Made by a program: the position numbers and the translations under genes
Shown here: one piece after another, positions 29,501 to 43,046 of the stretch
Position numbering within the stretch: position 1 is the stretch's first letter
Layout: each line of letters starts with the position of its first letter
The notes under the pieces: generated by a model
Told to the model about the DNA's origin: nothing
Database searches by the model: none
What the model saw: only the letters and a program-made list of their open reading frames with translations
From: the human T2T-CHM13v2.0 reference genome, Homo sapiens
NCBI RefSeq assembly: GCF_009914755.1
Contig: NC_060926.1
Strand: one strand, 5' to 3'
DNA: 64,000 nucleotides

Positions 29501-32500
29501 GCCTGGGACCCAAAAGCTTCACTGCTGAATTTTACCAACCAATTACCAATTAGTTTTATTTAAAAAGAACGAATACCAATCTGTCTCAAACTATTTGAAA
29601 AAAATAGAGGAAGGAATAATTCCAAACTCATTTAAGAAGGTAGTATTACTGTGATACCAAAACCAGATGAAGACACGTCAAAAAAAGAAAACTACAGGCC
29701 AATATTTCCAATGAACTCTGATGTGAAAATGCTTAACACAGTACTAGCAAACCAAATTCAACAATACATTAAAAAGTTCATTTATCATAAAAAAGTGGAA
29801 TTCATCCCTGGGATGCAAATATGTTTCAACATAGGCAAATTAATCAATGTGATACATCACATCAACAGAATGAAGGTCAAAAACCATACAGTCATTTCAA
29901 TTGATGCTGAAAAAACATTTGATAAAATTCAACATCATTTCATGATTTAAAAAATGGGTATAGAAGCAACATACCTCAATACAATAAAAGCCATATATGA
30001 CAGTCTCACAGCTAGTATCACACTGAGCAGGGAAAAACTGAAAGACTTTCCTCTAAGATCTGGAATCAGACAGGATGCCCACTTTCATCACTGTTATTTA
30101 ACATAGCCCTGGAAGTCCTAGCTACAGCATCAAATGATAGGAAGATATAAAAGCTATTCAAATTAAAAATGAATAAGTTAAATTATCCTTGTTTGCAGAT
30201 GATATGATCTTATATTTGGAAAAACCTGAAGACTCCACAAGAAAACTATTCAAACTGATAAATTCAGTAAAGTTGCAGGATACAAAATCAACATAAACAA
30301 TCAGTTGTATTTCTGTATGCCAACAGTGAACAATGTAAAAAAGAAATCAAGAAAGTAACCCCATTTACCATAGCTACAAATAAAATAAAATACCAATAAA
30401 TTAACTTAATGAAAGAAGTGAAAGATCTTCACAATGATGCAAGAAATTGAAGAGGACACAAAAAATAGAAAGATATTCCATGTTCATGGATAGTAAGAAT
30501 CAATATCAAAATGTTCTTACTAGCCAAAGCAATCTACAAGTTCAATGCAATTCCTATGAAAATATCAATGACATTCTTCACAGAAAAGAAAATAAATATT
30601 CTACAACTTATACCTAACCCCAAAAGACCTAGAATAGTCAAATCTATCCTGAGCAAAATGAACAAAATAAATCACATTTGGAGGAATCACATTACCTTAT
30701 TTCGATTTATTCTGCAGAACTACAGTAACAAAAACAGCATGGTATTTGCATAAAAGACACATAGATCAATGTAACAGAATAAAGAACCTAAAAATAAATT
30801 CATACATCTACAATGAATTCAGTTTCAGCAAAGGTACCAAGAACACACACTGGGGGTAAGGACAGTTTCTTCAATACCTGGTGTTGTGAAAACTAGATAT
30901 CCATATGCAGAAGGATGAAACTAGACCCTTATCTCTTGCTATATACAAAAATCAAATCAAAGTGGATTAAATATTTAAATCTAAGACCTCAAACTATGGA
31001 ACTACTAAAAGAAAACTTTGGGGAAACTCTGTAGATCATTGTCTGACTCTAGATTTCTTTAGTAACACCCCAAAAGCTTAGGCTACTGAAGCAAAAATGG
31101 ATAAATTGAATCACATCAAGTTATTAATAAAAGTTTCTGCACAGCAAAGGAAACAATCAACAAAGTGAAGAGACAACACACAGAATAGAATACAATATTT
31201 GCAAACTCTCCACCTGGCAAGGATTAATAACCAGAATATATAGGGAGCTCAAACAGTATGAAAAAATCCAATAATCTGATTAAAAAGTGGGCAAAAGATC
31301 TGAATAGACATTTCTCAAAACATACAAACAGCAAACAGGTATATGAAAAAGTGCTCAACATCATTGATCATCAGAGAGATGCTAATTAAAACTACAATGA
31401 GATATAATCTCACCCCAATTAAAATGGTTTTTCTCCAAAAGACAGGCAATAACCAATGCTGGTGAAGAAGTGGAGAAAGGGGAACTTTCATACATTCTTG
31501 ATGGGAATATAAATTAGTACAACCCCTAGGGAGAATGGTGTGGAATTTCCTCAAAAACTAAAAGTAGAATTTCCATATAAACCAGCAATCTCACTGCTAG
31601 ATAAATAACCAAAAGAAAGGAAATCAGTATATTGAAGAAATACCCTCACTTCCATGTTTATTACCCAATATCTGAAATCAACCTAGGTTTCCATTATCAG
31701 ACAAATAGATAAAATAAATGTGGAATATATACACAATAGAGTTTATTCAGTCATAAAAAGAAGGAGATCCTGTTCTTTGCAACAACATTGATAAAATTGG
31801 AGGATATTATATACCTTAAGTGAAATAAGCCTGGCACAGAAAGACAGACTTCACATGCTCTCACTTGTTTGAGCTAAAAATTAAAATAACTGAACTCATG
31901 GACACAGAGAGTATAATGATCGTTGCCAGAGGCTGGGAAGGGTAGTTGGATGGTGGAGGGGAGGGACATGGTTTTAGTGGGTACAAATGTATAGTTAGAT
32001 ACAATGACTAAGATCCAGTATTTTATAGCACATCAACGTGACTGTGGTCAGCAACAATTTGTTGTACAATTTCAAGTCAATGAGCCAGTAAAATTGAAAT
32101 GTTCGTAACATGGAGAAGTGATGAATGCTTGAGGTGATGGATACCCCATTTACCTTGATACTATTATCACACGTTGTACGCCTGTATCAAAATATGTTTG
32201 TATCCAATCAATATACACCTACTATCTACCCATCAAAATTAAAAATTAAAAAAATCAGTAGGTGATGTAGCAGAATATGGCCACTACATTCCAAGTCCCT
32301 CTGAAAAACAAACCAACAAACTACTAATAAAATTAGCCTCCATTACTCATATCCCCCTGCAGTTAAAGTGTTAGGAATCTACACACTCACACATACACAT
32401 TTACACATTTTTGAAAGAGTCGCTTACACTTTGTTTCTATATCTTCACCTCTCATTTTATATTCATCCACCTTGAAGCATGTTCCATCACTATTGCTGTG

Positions 32501-33542
32501 TTGAAACTTATCAAAGACATATCAAGGCCTGCATGTTATTACATTCTGTAGTCACTTCTCAGGAACATTCTGTGCATGTACATCTCTTTTCTGTAATGAT
32601 TTTTCTCAGATTCCATGATATCACAATTTCTTGGTTTTAGTTCTATCTTCTCAGTCCCCTTTGTTCTAGATCCATCTTCTGTTCAACATCTAAATATTGT
32701 AGGGCCCTACAATTCTCTATTTGGCTCTATATTATCTCCTTTTTCTAAACTGCTCTTTGCATATCCACATAGTTTCGCACACCATTGACATCTGCTTTCC
32801 TATCTATATATGTGATATATCCACTCTTTAAACTTGTGTATTTGACTATTTGACATTTCTTTTTGGATGTGTCATACCCATTTCAAACTTAACAAAAGCA
32901 GAACTTTTGTGTGTGTGTTGTGGAGGCATCTAACTCCACCCCAAATTATTATTTTTCTTTATTCTTCAAGTTACCGTATATATTATTTTGCCAAATAATG
33001 TTTCTGAACAATGATTCCACCACTTATGCACTCCTCCCCAGTAAAAGAAGATAAATCTTATATTTGGTGAATTATAAATCTAATCAATTTCTCTCTTGCA
33101 TTCTCTCTCTTTCTCTCTCTGTCTTTCCCTCCCTCCCTTGTTATTTTTGATTATCACATTGTCAGCATATAGATGTTTTTTCTTTTTCACTCTGAAACAT
33201 GGCAAATGGCCTGCTCCAATGGAACTACTCTACAGTTAAATTTTATAGCCCTTATCCAATTAATGTATTTAATTCATGGTGGTGTTAACAAATCAGTTGT
33301 GATCCAAGCTCTATTCTGTAATTCAGCTTATCAGTAATAATGCTTTCCGCCTGTCTGACACCTGTTTATTTATCAGTTTGTCTTGAACTTTTAGGACATT
33401 GAGGAGCTCTGATTAATTATCACCCTCAAAAATCAACATTTTTTCATCTCAGTAAATGACGTCTATATTTACTTAGTTGCCTAAGCCAAAAACCAAGGAG
33501 TCTTTTAAAAATTATTATTACCTCTCTCTCTCTCTCTCTCTC

Positions 33543-33814
33543 TTTTTTTTTTTTTTTTTTTTTTTTGCGACAGGGTCTCCCTCTGTCACCCAGGCTGGAG
33601 GGCGGTGCATGACCTCGACTCACTGCAACCTCTGCTTCCCGGGTTCAAGAGATTCTCCTGCCTTAGCCTCCTGAGTAGCTGGGACTACAGGTGCACACCA
33701 CCATGCTCAGCTAATTTTTGCATTTTTTTGGTAGAGACGGGGTTTTACTGTGTTGGCCAGGCTCGTCTCAAACTCCTGGCATCAAGTGATCTGCCAACCT
33801 CAGTCTCCCAAAGT
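33543..33814 (-). mobile_element. Alu (J/old S), slightly 5'-truncated, with (CT)n next to its tail
   Basis: Poly-T followed by antisense Alu ending at CTCCCAAAGT; abuts the tail of the minus-strand L1MA. Confidence 0.95.
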
Positions 33815-33821
33815 ATTATTA

Positions 33822-36800
33822 TTATTTTTAATTGATGTGAAATAATTGTACTTATTTATGGGGTACAGTGTGATATTTAGATACACGTATACAATGTGTC
33901 ATTATCAAATCAGGGTAACTAGAATATATATAACCTCAAACATTTACCATTTATTTGTGATGGGAGCATTCAAAAACTGCTCTTCTAGCTATTTGAAAAC
34001 ATACAGTAAGTTGTTTTTAACTATAGTCACTATACAGTGCTCTAGGACACTAGAATTTAATCCTCCTGTCTAGTTATACTATGGTACCTGTTAACCAACC
34101 TCTTCCTATCCTCCCTCCATCCTACCCTTCCTAGCCTCTAGTAACCACTCTTCTACCCTCTTTGTGTATTCTGCATATTAATTAGTCCTTTGTCAGATGA
34201 ATAGTTTGCAAATATTTTCTCCCATTCTACAGGTTGTCTCTTCACTCTGCTGATTGTGTATTTTGCTGTTCAGAAGCTTTTCAGTTTGATACAGCCTCAC
34301 TCGCTCATTCAGGGTAAGGATGCCTTCATAAAATGAGTTTCGTTCACTTCAGTTTTTTGAATAATTTGATAAGAATTGGTATTAGTACTTTTTAAAAAGT
34401 TGGTAGAATTCATCAGTGAATCCATCTAGTCCTGGACATTTTTTTGGTTTCTTTTTTACTGATGGGAAACTTTACTCCTGTTACACATTATTGATCTGTT
34501 AGGCTTTCAGTTTTTCTTCGTTCAGTCTTGGTAGGTTGTATGTGTCCAGGAATTTATTAATTCCCTTCAAGTTTTCTAATTTGTTGGTATATAGTTTTTC
34601 ACAATAGATACTAATGATCCTTTTTATTCCTGTGGTATCAGTTTTAATGTCTCCTGTTCATTGCTGATTTTATTTATTTGGGGCTTTTATTTTATTTCAT
34701 TTTTTGTTAGTCTAGCCAATAGTTAATCAAGTTTATCTTTTCAAAGAACCAACTTTCTGTTTCATTGCTCTTCTGTGATATTGTTTTAGTAGAAAATTAG
34801 AGGAAGGCAATAAATAACTAAACATCTGATTTGATGTTTCTTAGTTATTGCCTTCTATTTTTTTTTTGCCTTTCTTCTTTTTTGAAGCGTATCACTAGAT
34901 TATTATTTCAAGTATTTCTATGTTTTGATGTATGTGTTTATTGTTATGAACTCTCTTATTATTTTGCTGTATCCCATAGGTTTCAGTATGTTGTGTTTCT
35001 ATTTCCTTTTGTTTCAATAACTATTTTTAATTAAAAAAAATTTTTTTTTGCTCATTGGTCATTCAGGATTACATTGTTTAATTGTTATGTATTTGTACAG
35101 TTTCCAAAGTTTCTGTTGTTATTTATTTATAGTTTTATGTGGTCAGAAAAAAATTTGATAAAATTTTGAATTTTTAAATTTATTGAGACTTGTTTTATGG
35201 CTTAACGTGGTTAATCCTGGAGAATGTTTCATGTGCTTATGATAAAAAATTGTATATTATTGCAGCTTTTGGATAAAATATTCTGTGAAAGTCTGTTAGA
35301 TCTATTTGGTCAGTGCAGTTTGAATCCAATATTATTTGTTGATTTTCTGTCTAAATGATTTCTACACTACTAAGAGTGGATTATTGAAGTCATCAACCAC
35401 TATTATACTAGACTCTATCTCTCCCTTTAGATCTAATAATATTTGCTTTATATATCTGGGTGCTTCTGTTTTGGGTGCATGTTTATTTACAATTTTAAAT
35501 TTTCTTACTGAACTAATGGTTTCATTATTATATAGTGACCTTCTGTGTCTTTTCCTATAGTTATTGACTCAAACTCTGTTTTATATAAGTATAGCTAGCT
35601 GATTTATGCTCACTTTTGGTTTCTGTTTGCATAGAATATATTTTTTTATCAATTCACTTTTAGTCTTATTTGTTTCTTTACAGGTGAAGTAAATTACTTG
35701 TAGCAGCATTTAGTGTTTTCTTTTTTTTCTTTTTTTGGGGATTTCACATTCAAGGTTATTATTGATAGATGAAAAATCACTCCTGTCATTTTGCTGTTTT
35801 CTTCTTATCTTGCTTTTTCTTTCTTTTTTTTTATCTTTGCGGTTAGTTGCATTTCTTTAGTGATAAAGATTGATTCTTTTCTCATTTGTGTATCTGCTCT
35901 ACCAGTGAGTTTTATATTTTTGTGTGATTTTATGATGGTAGTTATTATCTTTCTACTTCCAGATATAGGACTGCCTTAAGCATTTATTGTAAGGCCAGTG
36001 TAGTGGTGATGAATTTGCTCAGTTTTTACTTATCTTGGGAAGGCTTTATTTCTCTTTCAGTTTTGAAGAATAGCTTTCCTGAGTATAGTGTTCATGGCTA
36101 GCAGATTTTTCTTTTAGCATTTTAAATATACCTTTCCATTCCCTCCTGGACTGTAAGATTTCTGATGAGAAATCTGTGGTTAGAAATCTGCATTTTTCAT
36201 CTCTTCTCCTTCAGAAACATCTATAATGCAAAAATTTGTTTGTTTGTTTCCCATAAGTCCAGAAGAATTTATTTTTCCTTTTTTATTCTTTATTCTTTTT
36301 TTTTTTTTTTTTTTTGGCTACCTCGATCATTTCAAGAACCTACCTTCAAGTTCAGAAATTATTCTGCTTTCTCTAGTCTGCTACTGAGGCTCTCAACTGT
36401 AGTTTTTATTTCACTTCATTCTCCATTCTAAGATCTCTCTTTGGTTATTTTTTATATCACTTATCTCTGTTGAATTTTTCACTTATCAGGAATTGTTTTC
36501 TTGATTTTATTGAATTGTCTTTTTATTTTCTTAAATTGTGTTGAGTTTCCTTAAGTTGTTGTCTTTCTTCTCTGGCATTTCATATATTTCTTTTCTTTGT
36601 GGTTTGTTACTGAAGAATTATTGCGTTCTGTTGGAAGTGTCATGTTTTCTTCCTTTGCCATGTTTTTTTCTGTTGCTACATTTACCCCTGCACATGTGTT
36701 AAAACTGGAAGAAGCAATTTTTCTACCACATGTGCAGGGGGCAAATGTAGAAACACAAGAGCAGCTTTCCTAAAAAGAGAGGCTTATTACCATAAATGGG

Positions 36801-37830
36801 TCCCATGGTGTTGGTTGAGTGGAGTGCATTTGCTTTGGTTCTGGGTGGACCCAGTAATTTAATTTTTGTGCTGATTCATCAGACATACTCCAAATTAGAG
36901 ATAGGTATGAGTGCCTTGGTGGCCTAAGCTGTGGGAGTTTTTGGCAATGGTGGTGTGACATTTCTGGGAACTGGTCCACCAAGCTGTTTCCTCAGCTAAT
37001 TGTATATGTATATGGTGGTTGGAGGGTGGATACACTGAGGATATAATTTCCAAGTTGGTTCTCTAGCCGGATACATGGGCATGCAGTAGTTCACCTCACC
37101 CAGAGTTGGCTTCTCCACTGTGTAGAAATGTATAGGAGTACCTATAGGTATACTCCTATACACTCCACTGTGTAGGAGTGTATAGGAGTACCTATACCAG
37201 GGTCATGGCTGTTCTTGGGCCTAGGCTCTGAGAAGCCAGGGTTGTGGTATTATAGCTGCCCCTGTGAGAGTGGTGGTATAGCAGCAAATCCTCAAGGCTG
37301 AAGAGGCACAGCGGCTCCTGGCTTTCAGAGAAGGGTACACGCCAGCAGTGGCTGCAGCTTTAAGATAGCACCATGCTGCAGCAGCTTGAGCCATGGACAT
37401 TGGAGAGTGTCCATTATGTGCTACTACTCTGTAGTGGCACAGCAACGTAAATTCCAGGCGGCTCCCAAACTCAGCTCATAACTTGTGAGGATGGTGGGAT
37501 TTTCTTGGGGTAAGGACTGCAAATATCTGTGGTAATAATGGAGGCTGTTGGAGGCCTTCGGATTACCTATTCCCTGCAAAAAGAAGTGTCTCCCAGCTCT
37601 GAGCCAGTCTCAGCAGCGAAGATGGGGTGCAGCGAAAACATGAAGAGGCAGATGCCCGGGATGTACTGGGCATCCATGTTTTATAGGAATCTTGCTACTC
37701 CTTTGTTGCACTCCAGTGCTCTTCCTCAAACAATCTGGTAAAGTTTTAGTTTATTTTTGTTTTGTCCTTTTCTGTGAAGGGTGGGGCAAGCACCCAGCAC
37801 CTGTAGTCAGACATCTTGCTGATGTCACTG
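33822..37830 (-). mobile_element. L1MA4/5-like element spanning 5'UTR to 3'UTR with several large internal deletions
   Basis: Antisense 3'UTR at 33.8-34.16 kb, jumps into ORF2 at ~34165 and ~34300, ORF1 at ~36.0-36.6 kb, GC-richer 5'UTR ending CAGACATCTTGCTGATGTCAC. Confidence 0.85.
37113..37196. repeat. Direct-inverted-direct micro-triplication
   Basis: 34-bp copies at 37113-37146 and 37163-37196; 37151-37166 is the reverse complement of 37175-37190. Confidence 0.95.
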
Positions 37831-37849
37831 TTATTTTTCTTTACTTTCC

Positions 37850-38572
37850 TACAGTCTTGTATCTTACTTCTCTTTCCATGTTTGTTTATTGTCACTGCCA
37901 CTACTTCTATTATACTAAGGCCATCATTATATACCACTTGGAACACTCCAATATTCTTCTAATTGGAATTCTCCTACAACTTGTCCTTTTTCATGTGTAA
38001 ATTATATCACATAAATTACCTCTCTCCAATCCGTAGTTTCCCATTAGACTCTCCCCTCAAATCATAAGCACTCAAATGAATAAACACCCACAATAACAAA
38101 TACCTCCTTACCGTGTCCTATAGTTTCCCACAGAATCTGGTTTCTATCTTTCTTTCACATCTAATTTCTTGCCACTCTTTTCTTACTTAATAAGATATAG
38201 CCACACTTCACTTTCTCCAGATTTTTCAGATGTAACAACCTTGTTAGCACTTCTTTTTCCCACTTCTTTCAAACCTTCTCATAGTTATTACTTCTTGCAC
38301 TCCAGGTCTCAGATTGAATAACAAACTTTGAGAAAAAACTTCTTATGCTTCTCCTGCTAAATACAGTAGTCATCACCACCATCTGCCATATTACTGTTTA
38401 TCATATTTTCTGTTATGTTTATTTAGGATATTAATAAATATCTAAAAGGACATTGTTAATTTATTTGTGCACTTGCTTATTTTGTTTCATCAAAAATATA
38501 AGCTTCAGTATAGGTGCCACATATGTCTTGTTCAACCAAATATTCTTAAAACCTGAAAAAATAGTAGGTACT
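37850..38572 (+). mobile_element. L2 fragment running to its 3' end
   Basis: AAGGCCATCATTAT...CAGGTCTCAG...AATATAAGCTTC...TAGTAGGTACTC matches L2. Confidence 0.6.
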
Positions 38573-40790
38573 CCAAATAAATTGGTACTGCAGACAGTGT
38601 AGTACTGCTATAAAGCTACTTGAAAATGTGGGAGCAGCTTTGGAACTGGGTAACTGGCAGAGGTTGGAATAGTTTGAAAAGCTCAGAGGAAGACAGGAAG
38701 ATGTGGGAAAATTTGGAGCTTCCTAGACACTTGTTGGATGTTTTTGAACAAAATGCTGATAGCCATGTGAATAATGATGTCCAGGCGGAGATGGTCCCAG
38801 ATGGAGATGAGGAACTAATTGCGAACTGGAGTAAATGTCACTCATGCTGTGCTTTAGCAAAGAGACTGGTGGCTTTTTGCCCCTGCACTAGAGATCTGTG
38901 GAACTTTGAACATGAGAGAGATTATTAAGGGTATCTGGCAGAAGAAATTTCTAAGCAGCAAAGCATTCAAGAGGTGACAGAAAATAAAAGTTTGGAAAAT
39001 TTCCAGCCTGACCATACGATAAAAAAGAAAAACCCGGCCGGACTCAGTGGATCATGCCTGTAATTCCAGCACTTTGGGAAGCCGAGGAGGGCAGATCACA
39101 GGGTCAGGAGTTCAAGACCAGCCTGGCAAAGACGGTGAAACCCTATCTCCACTAAAAATACAAACATTAGCGAAGCGTGGTGGCAGGCACCTGTAATCCC
39201 AGCTACTTGGGAGGCTGAGGCAGGAAATTGCTTGAACCTAGGAGGTGGAGGTTGCAATGAGCTGAGATCATGCCACTGCACTCCAGCCTGGGCAACAGAG
39301 TGAGACTCCAACTCAAAAAAAAAGAAAAACCCATTTTCTGGAGAGAAATTCAAGCCAGCTGAATAAATTTGCATAAGTAACTAGGAGCCAAAGGTTAATC
39401 ACCAAGACAATGGGGAAAATATCCCCAGGGCATGTCAGAGAAATTCAAGGCAGCCCCTCCCATCACAATTCCAGAAGCCTAGGAGGGAAAATGGTTTTAT
39501 GGACTGGAGGTCCAGGGCCTCCCTGCTGTGTGCAGCCTTGGGACTTGGTGCCCTGTATCCCAGCTGCTCCAGCTATACCAAAAGGGACCAAGTACAGCTC
39601 AGGCCGTTGCTTCAGAGGGTGCAAGATCTAAGCTTTGGCAACTTACATGTGGTATTGGGCCTGTGGGTGCACAGAACTCAAGAATTAAGGTTTGGAACCT
39701 CCACCTAGATTTCAGAGGATGTATGGAAACATCTTGGATGTCCAGGCAGAATTCTGCTGCAGGGGTGGGGCCTTCATGGAGTACCTCTGCTAGGGCAGTG
39801 TGGAAAGGAAATGTAGGATTGGAGCCCCTACACAGAGTCCCCACTGAGGCCCTGCCCAGTGGAGCTGTGAGAAGAGGGCCACCCTCCTGCAGATGCCAGA
39901 ATGGCAGATCCACCAACAGCTTGCACCATGCACCTGGAAAAGTCACAGACACTCAATGCTAGCCTGTGAAAACAGCTGGGAGGAAGCTGTACCCTGAAAA
40001 GCCACATGGGCAAAGCTGCCCAAGACTATAGGAGCTCACCTCTTGCATCAGTGTGACATGGATGTGAGACCTGGAGTCAAAGGAAATCATTTTGGAGCTT
40101 TAAGATTTGACTGCCCTGCTGGATTTCAGGCCTGTGTGGGTCTGTATCCCCTTTGTTTTGGCCAATTTCTCCCACTTGGCTGTATTTACCCAATGCCTAT
40201 ACCCCCATTGTATCTAGGAAGTAACTAACTTGCTTTTGATTTTACAGGCTCATAGGCAGAAGCGACTTGCACTGTCTCAAATGAGACTTTGCACTGTGGA
40301 CTTTTGAGCTAATGCTGAAATGAGTTAAGACTTTGGAGGACTGTTGGGATATCATGATTGGTTTTGAAATGTAAAAAGATAAGATTTGGGAGGGGCCGGG
40401 GTGGAATGATATGGTTTGGCTCTGTGTCCCACTGAAATCTCATCTCTAATTGTAATTTCCACATGTTGAGGGAGAACCTTTAATCCCTACGTGTTGAAGG
40501 AGAAAGGTGATTGTATCATAGGGATAGTTTACTCAGTGCTGTTCTCTTGATAGTGAGTGAGTTCTTATGATATCTGATGGTTTTTATAAATGTTTGAAAG
40601 TTCCTCCTTCCCACGCTGACACTCTCTCCTGCTGCCTTGTGAAGAAGGTGACTGCTTCCCCTTCCACCATGACTGTAAGTTTCCTGAGGCCTCTCCAGCC
40701 ATGGGAAACTGAGTCAATTAAACCTCTTCCCTTTATAAACTATCCAGTCTTGGGCAGTTCTTTATAGCAGCTTGAGAACAGACTAATACA
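38573..40790 (+). mobile_element. THE1D-like MaLR provirus: internal region plus 3' LTR (40407-40790); 5' LTR absent
   Basis: Internal region starts TAAATTGGTAC...TTTGGAACTGGGTAACTGGCAGAGGTTGG. PPT GGGAGGGGCCGGGGTGGAA. LTR TGATATGGTTTGGCTCTGTGTC...GACTAATACA. ORFs at 38620-40228 are MaLR internal remnants. Confidence 0.93.
39036..39317 (+). mobile_element. Alu, AluSg-like, nested in the THE1 internal region
   Basis: GATCACAGGGTCAGGAGTTC shows the 2-bp deletion of Sg/Sc/Y lineages. Perfect TSD AAAAAAGAAAAACCC at 39021-35 and 39318-32. Confidence 0.97.
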
Positions 40791-41089
40791 GTACTATAAC
40801 TACTTATGGACAACACTAAGAATATCTTACTTTGTTATTTAGTGTAGATATATAATTAACTTCAATACATTACTATTAATGTCATAATAAATCCTGGCTC
40901 TCCTTCTTTAATTTTTTTATTCCTTCTCTCCTTTCTTCTAAATATTAATTAATGTCCTTAAAGTCTAAGATATTCATGAACAAAGCACACACAAAGATAA
41001 ATCATACACTATTACTGCCAAAACTACATTCTATCGGAAACCTGTTAGCCAATTAGTGGAAGTAAGCATTGTTTGTGACATGATAAATG

Positions 41090-41523
41090 TTCAAAGGACG
41101 TGAAGAGCATCACAATGTTGAAGCATCAGGGAAACACACTCTGACCATTCTCCATGAAGAAACAAACTATGCTGTTTTAAACTATGAGGACTCAAGGAGC
41201 TGAGAGCAGTCTATGACTGAGAGCTGGCATTAAAAATAAAAAAGAATAACAACAACAACAAAACCCACCTTAGTCCTACAAAAACAGGCACAAGGAACTG
41301 AATGCAGCCAACAACCACAATGAACTTTAATGAGGACTTCAAGTTCCAAATGAGAACCACAGCCGTGACTATCACCTGGATTTCAACTTTAGGAGATCTG
41401 CACTGAGAACCCAGTCAAACGATGCCTGGAATCCTGACCAACAGAAACTGTGAGATAATAAATTACTCTTTTATACCAATAAGTTGATGGTAATTTATTA
41501 AGTAGCAATAGAAAACTAATTCA
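41090..41523 (+). mobile_element. MLT1 (F/G-like) LTR fragment
   Basis: CAAGGAACTGAATGCAGCCAACAACCAC...CAGAAACTGTGAGATAATAAAT...GCAATAGAAAACTAAT. Confidence 0.8.
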
Positions 41524-42687
41524 AGTCAGCTGACTTTTCTCAGTTTTCTTTAAATCTCCTCATCAATATTATTTCAGTTTACACTCTTTAATTACTGCTA
41601 GTTACCATATTCTGAGCACATATTCGTGTCTACCCTGCCCAAATAAATTTTATATATAATTTTAGATACTTAGAAGTAAATTAGTCTGTACCATACTAAG
41701 GCTAAAATAATCATATTTTAAAGCTATAATTTCAGCTGACAAATCTCAGACATTTGCTTATTCCAAACTTTCCCTCAGATATTTTTAAGAATATTCAGGT
41801 CCCTCAATATCCACTGGTACAACTTCCCCATCGGGCCATTTTATTATGCTTTAGCTGGTGGTATCTATTTGTGATTGTTCCACAGTTGATCATAATTTTT
41901 TCTACTATTTATCACCACTGCCAACACACTCTGGTGTCTCATTCAAATGTTTCCTTTGCCACTCAATCCAAATTTTAGAGCTGATTAATCCATAATAACT
42001 TTTATTATAACTTAGGCCAAGTTAATATATGTTAAAAGTATTCTGATGAATTTCAGAAAATGGAAGCAAAAAAAAAACAACAACAACAGAGACTAGCATA
42101 CAAATGTTCTTCAGAAGCAATATATAATTATTTTAAAAAGCCAGCTCCTAAATTCCTTATCTCTAACATAACTTATCTGGTTATACTTTTCCAAATTATC
42201 ATGTGTAATTCTTTCTTCAGTAATTTTGCATTTGTTAGTAGTATTTTGGTTACAAATACCATAAATCGAATTTAAAACAACTTAAATCAAAAAAGGAATC
42301 ACACTAAGGTGTGTGAAGAAACCTAGGACTGAGAACACAGTTCTAGGAATAAATGGAAACGGAAATTTTTCTCTGTTCTCCTTATTTTTCTGCTTCATGC
42401 ATCTGTTTTGTTCTTTATTCTCCATCTTAAAATGGACTTTCTACACTTCTCTATCTCTGGCAATATGGAACATGACTGATAGAAACTTCTGAATTTCAGG
42501 CGATATAACCTTCAGGCAGTCCTAGAAAAACTAATCTCCTCCCTCAGTTTAAGTTCCAAAATTCCAAAGGAGGAATACCTATTGTGTCAGAATTATGTCT
42601 ATGAACCATTCAACTAAGGCAATATTGTGCCATGAACATGAGTTATCATAATTTAACACGCTAACATTCATGGTAACCATGTAGATA

Positions 42688-42733
42688 GTGTGTGTGTGTG
42701 TGTGTGTGTGTCTGTGTGCGCTTGTGTGTGTGT
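42688..42733. repeat. (TG)n microsatellite, interrupted
   Basis: Seen directly; similar runs near 46915-46936 and 48721-48756. Confidence 0.9.
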
Positions 42734-42907
42734 ATGCCCTTGTAAAGGCAGATGAGAGTGAGGAGAAAGATTTCACCTCTCAGGAAAATGTGGAGCAGTT
42801 TTCAGGAATTCTATGACTAGTGGCAGATGCTGGCATATTGGGTACGCCAGATACCCATAACCAATTAATAACATACAGACATTTAATTCAAAGTTAACGC
42901 CTTTTCC

Positions 42908-43046
42908 CATTAAGGGCTGAATCTGTGTATCTCCTGCAAATGCATCCACTGAAGCCATGGCCCCCAATGTGAGGGTTTTTTAAGGTAAGGCCTTAAGCTG
43001 CCCAGTTTGTGGTGTTTTGTCATAGCAGCCTGAGGAGACTAAGACA
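42908..43046 (+). mobile_element. Internally deleted MLT1A/B LTR
   Basis: LTR start (GGGCTGAAT...CCCCAATGTGA) joined directly to LTR end (TAAGCTGCCCAGTTTGTGGT...GACTAAGACA). Confidence 0.65.

Larger units (their letters stand above)
24401..32252 (+). mobile_element. Near full-length, decayed L1MA3-like LINE-1 (5'UTR, ORF1, ORF2, 3'UTR)
   Basis: 5'UTR start (CAAGCTGGCCAAATAG), ORF1 remnants ~26.9-27.8 kb, ORF2 from ATGGCAGGAGTA at 28341, RT remnants ([34 protein letters not shown] = FADDM), L1MA2/3-type 3'UTR. Degenerate 20-bp TSD at 24381-24400 / 32253-32272 (14/20, all mismatches transitions). Confidence 0.92.

Noticed and set aside
24401-32252. Possibly active full-length L1
   Set aside because: Many stops and frameshifts, an apparent deletion in the endonuclease domain near 28675, and a nested insertion in the 5'UTR.
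33543-39317. Inverted Alu pair as an A-to-I editing substrate
   Set aside because: The copies are over 5 kb apart, belong to different subfamilies, and there is no evidence of transcription.
38620-40228. Cluster of overlapping ORFs up to 144 aa
   Set aside because: They are fragments of the THE1 internal region and an Alu, not a host gene.
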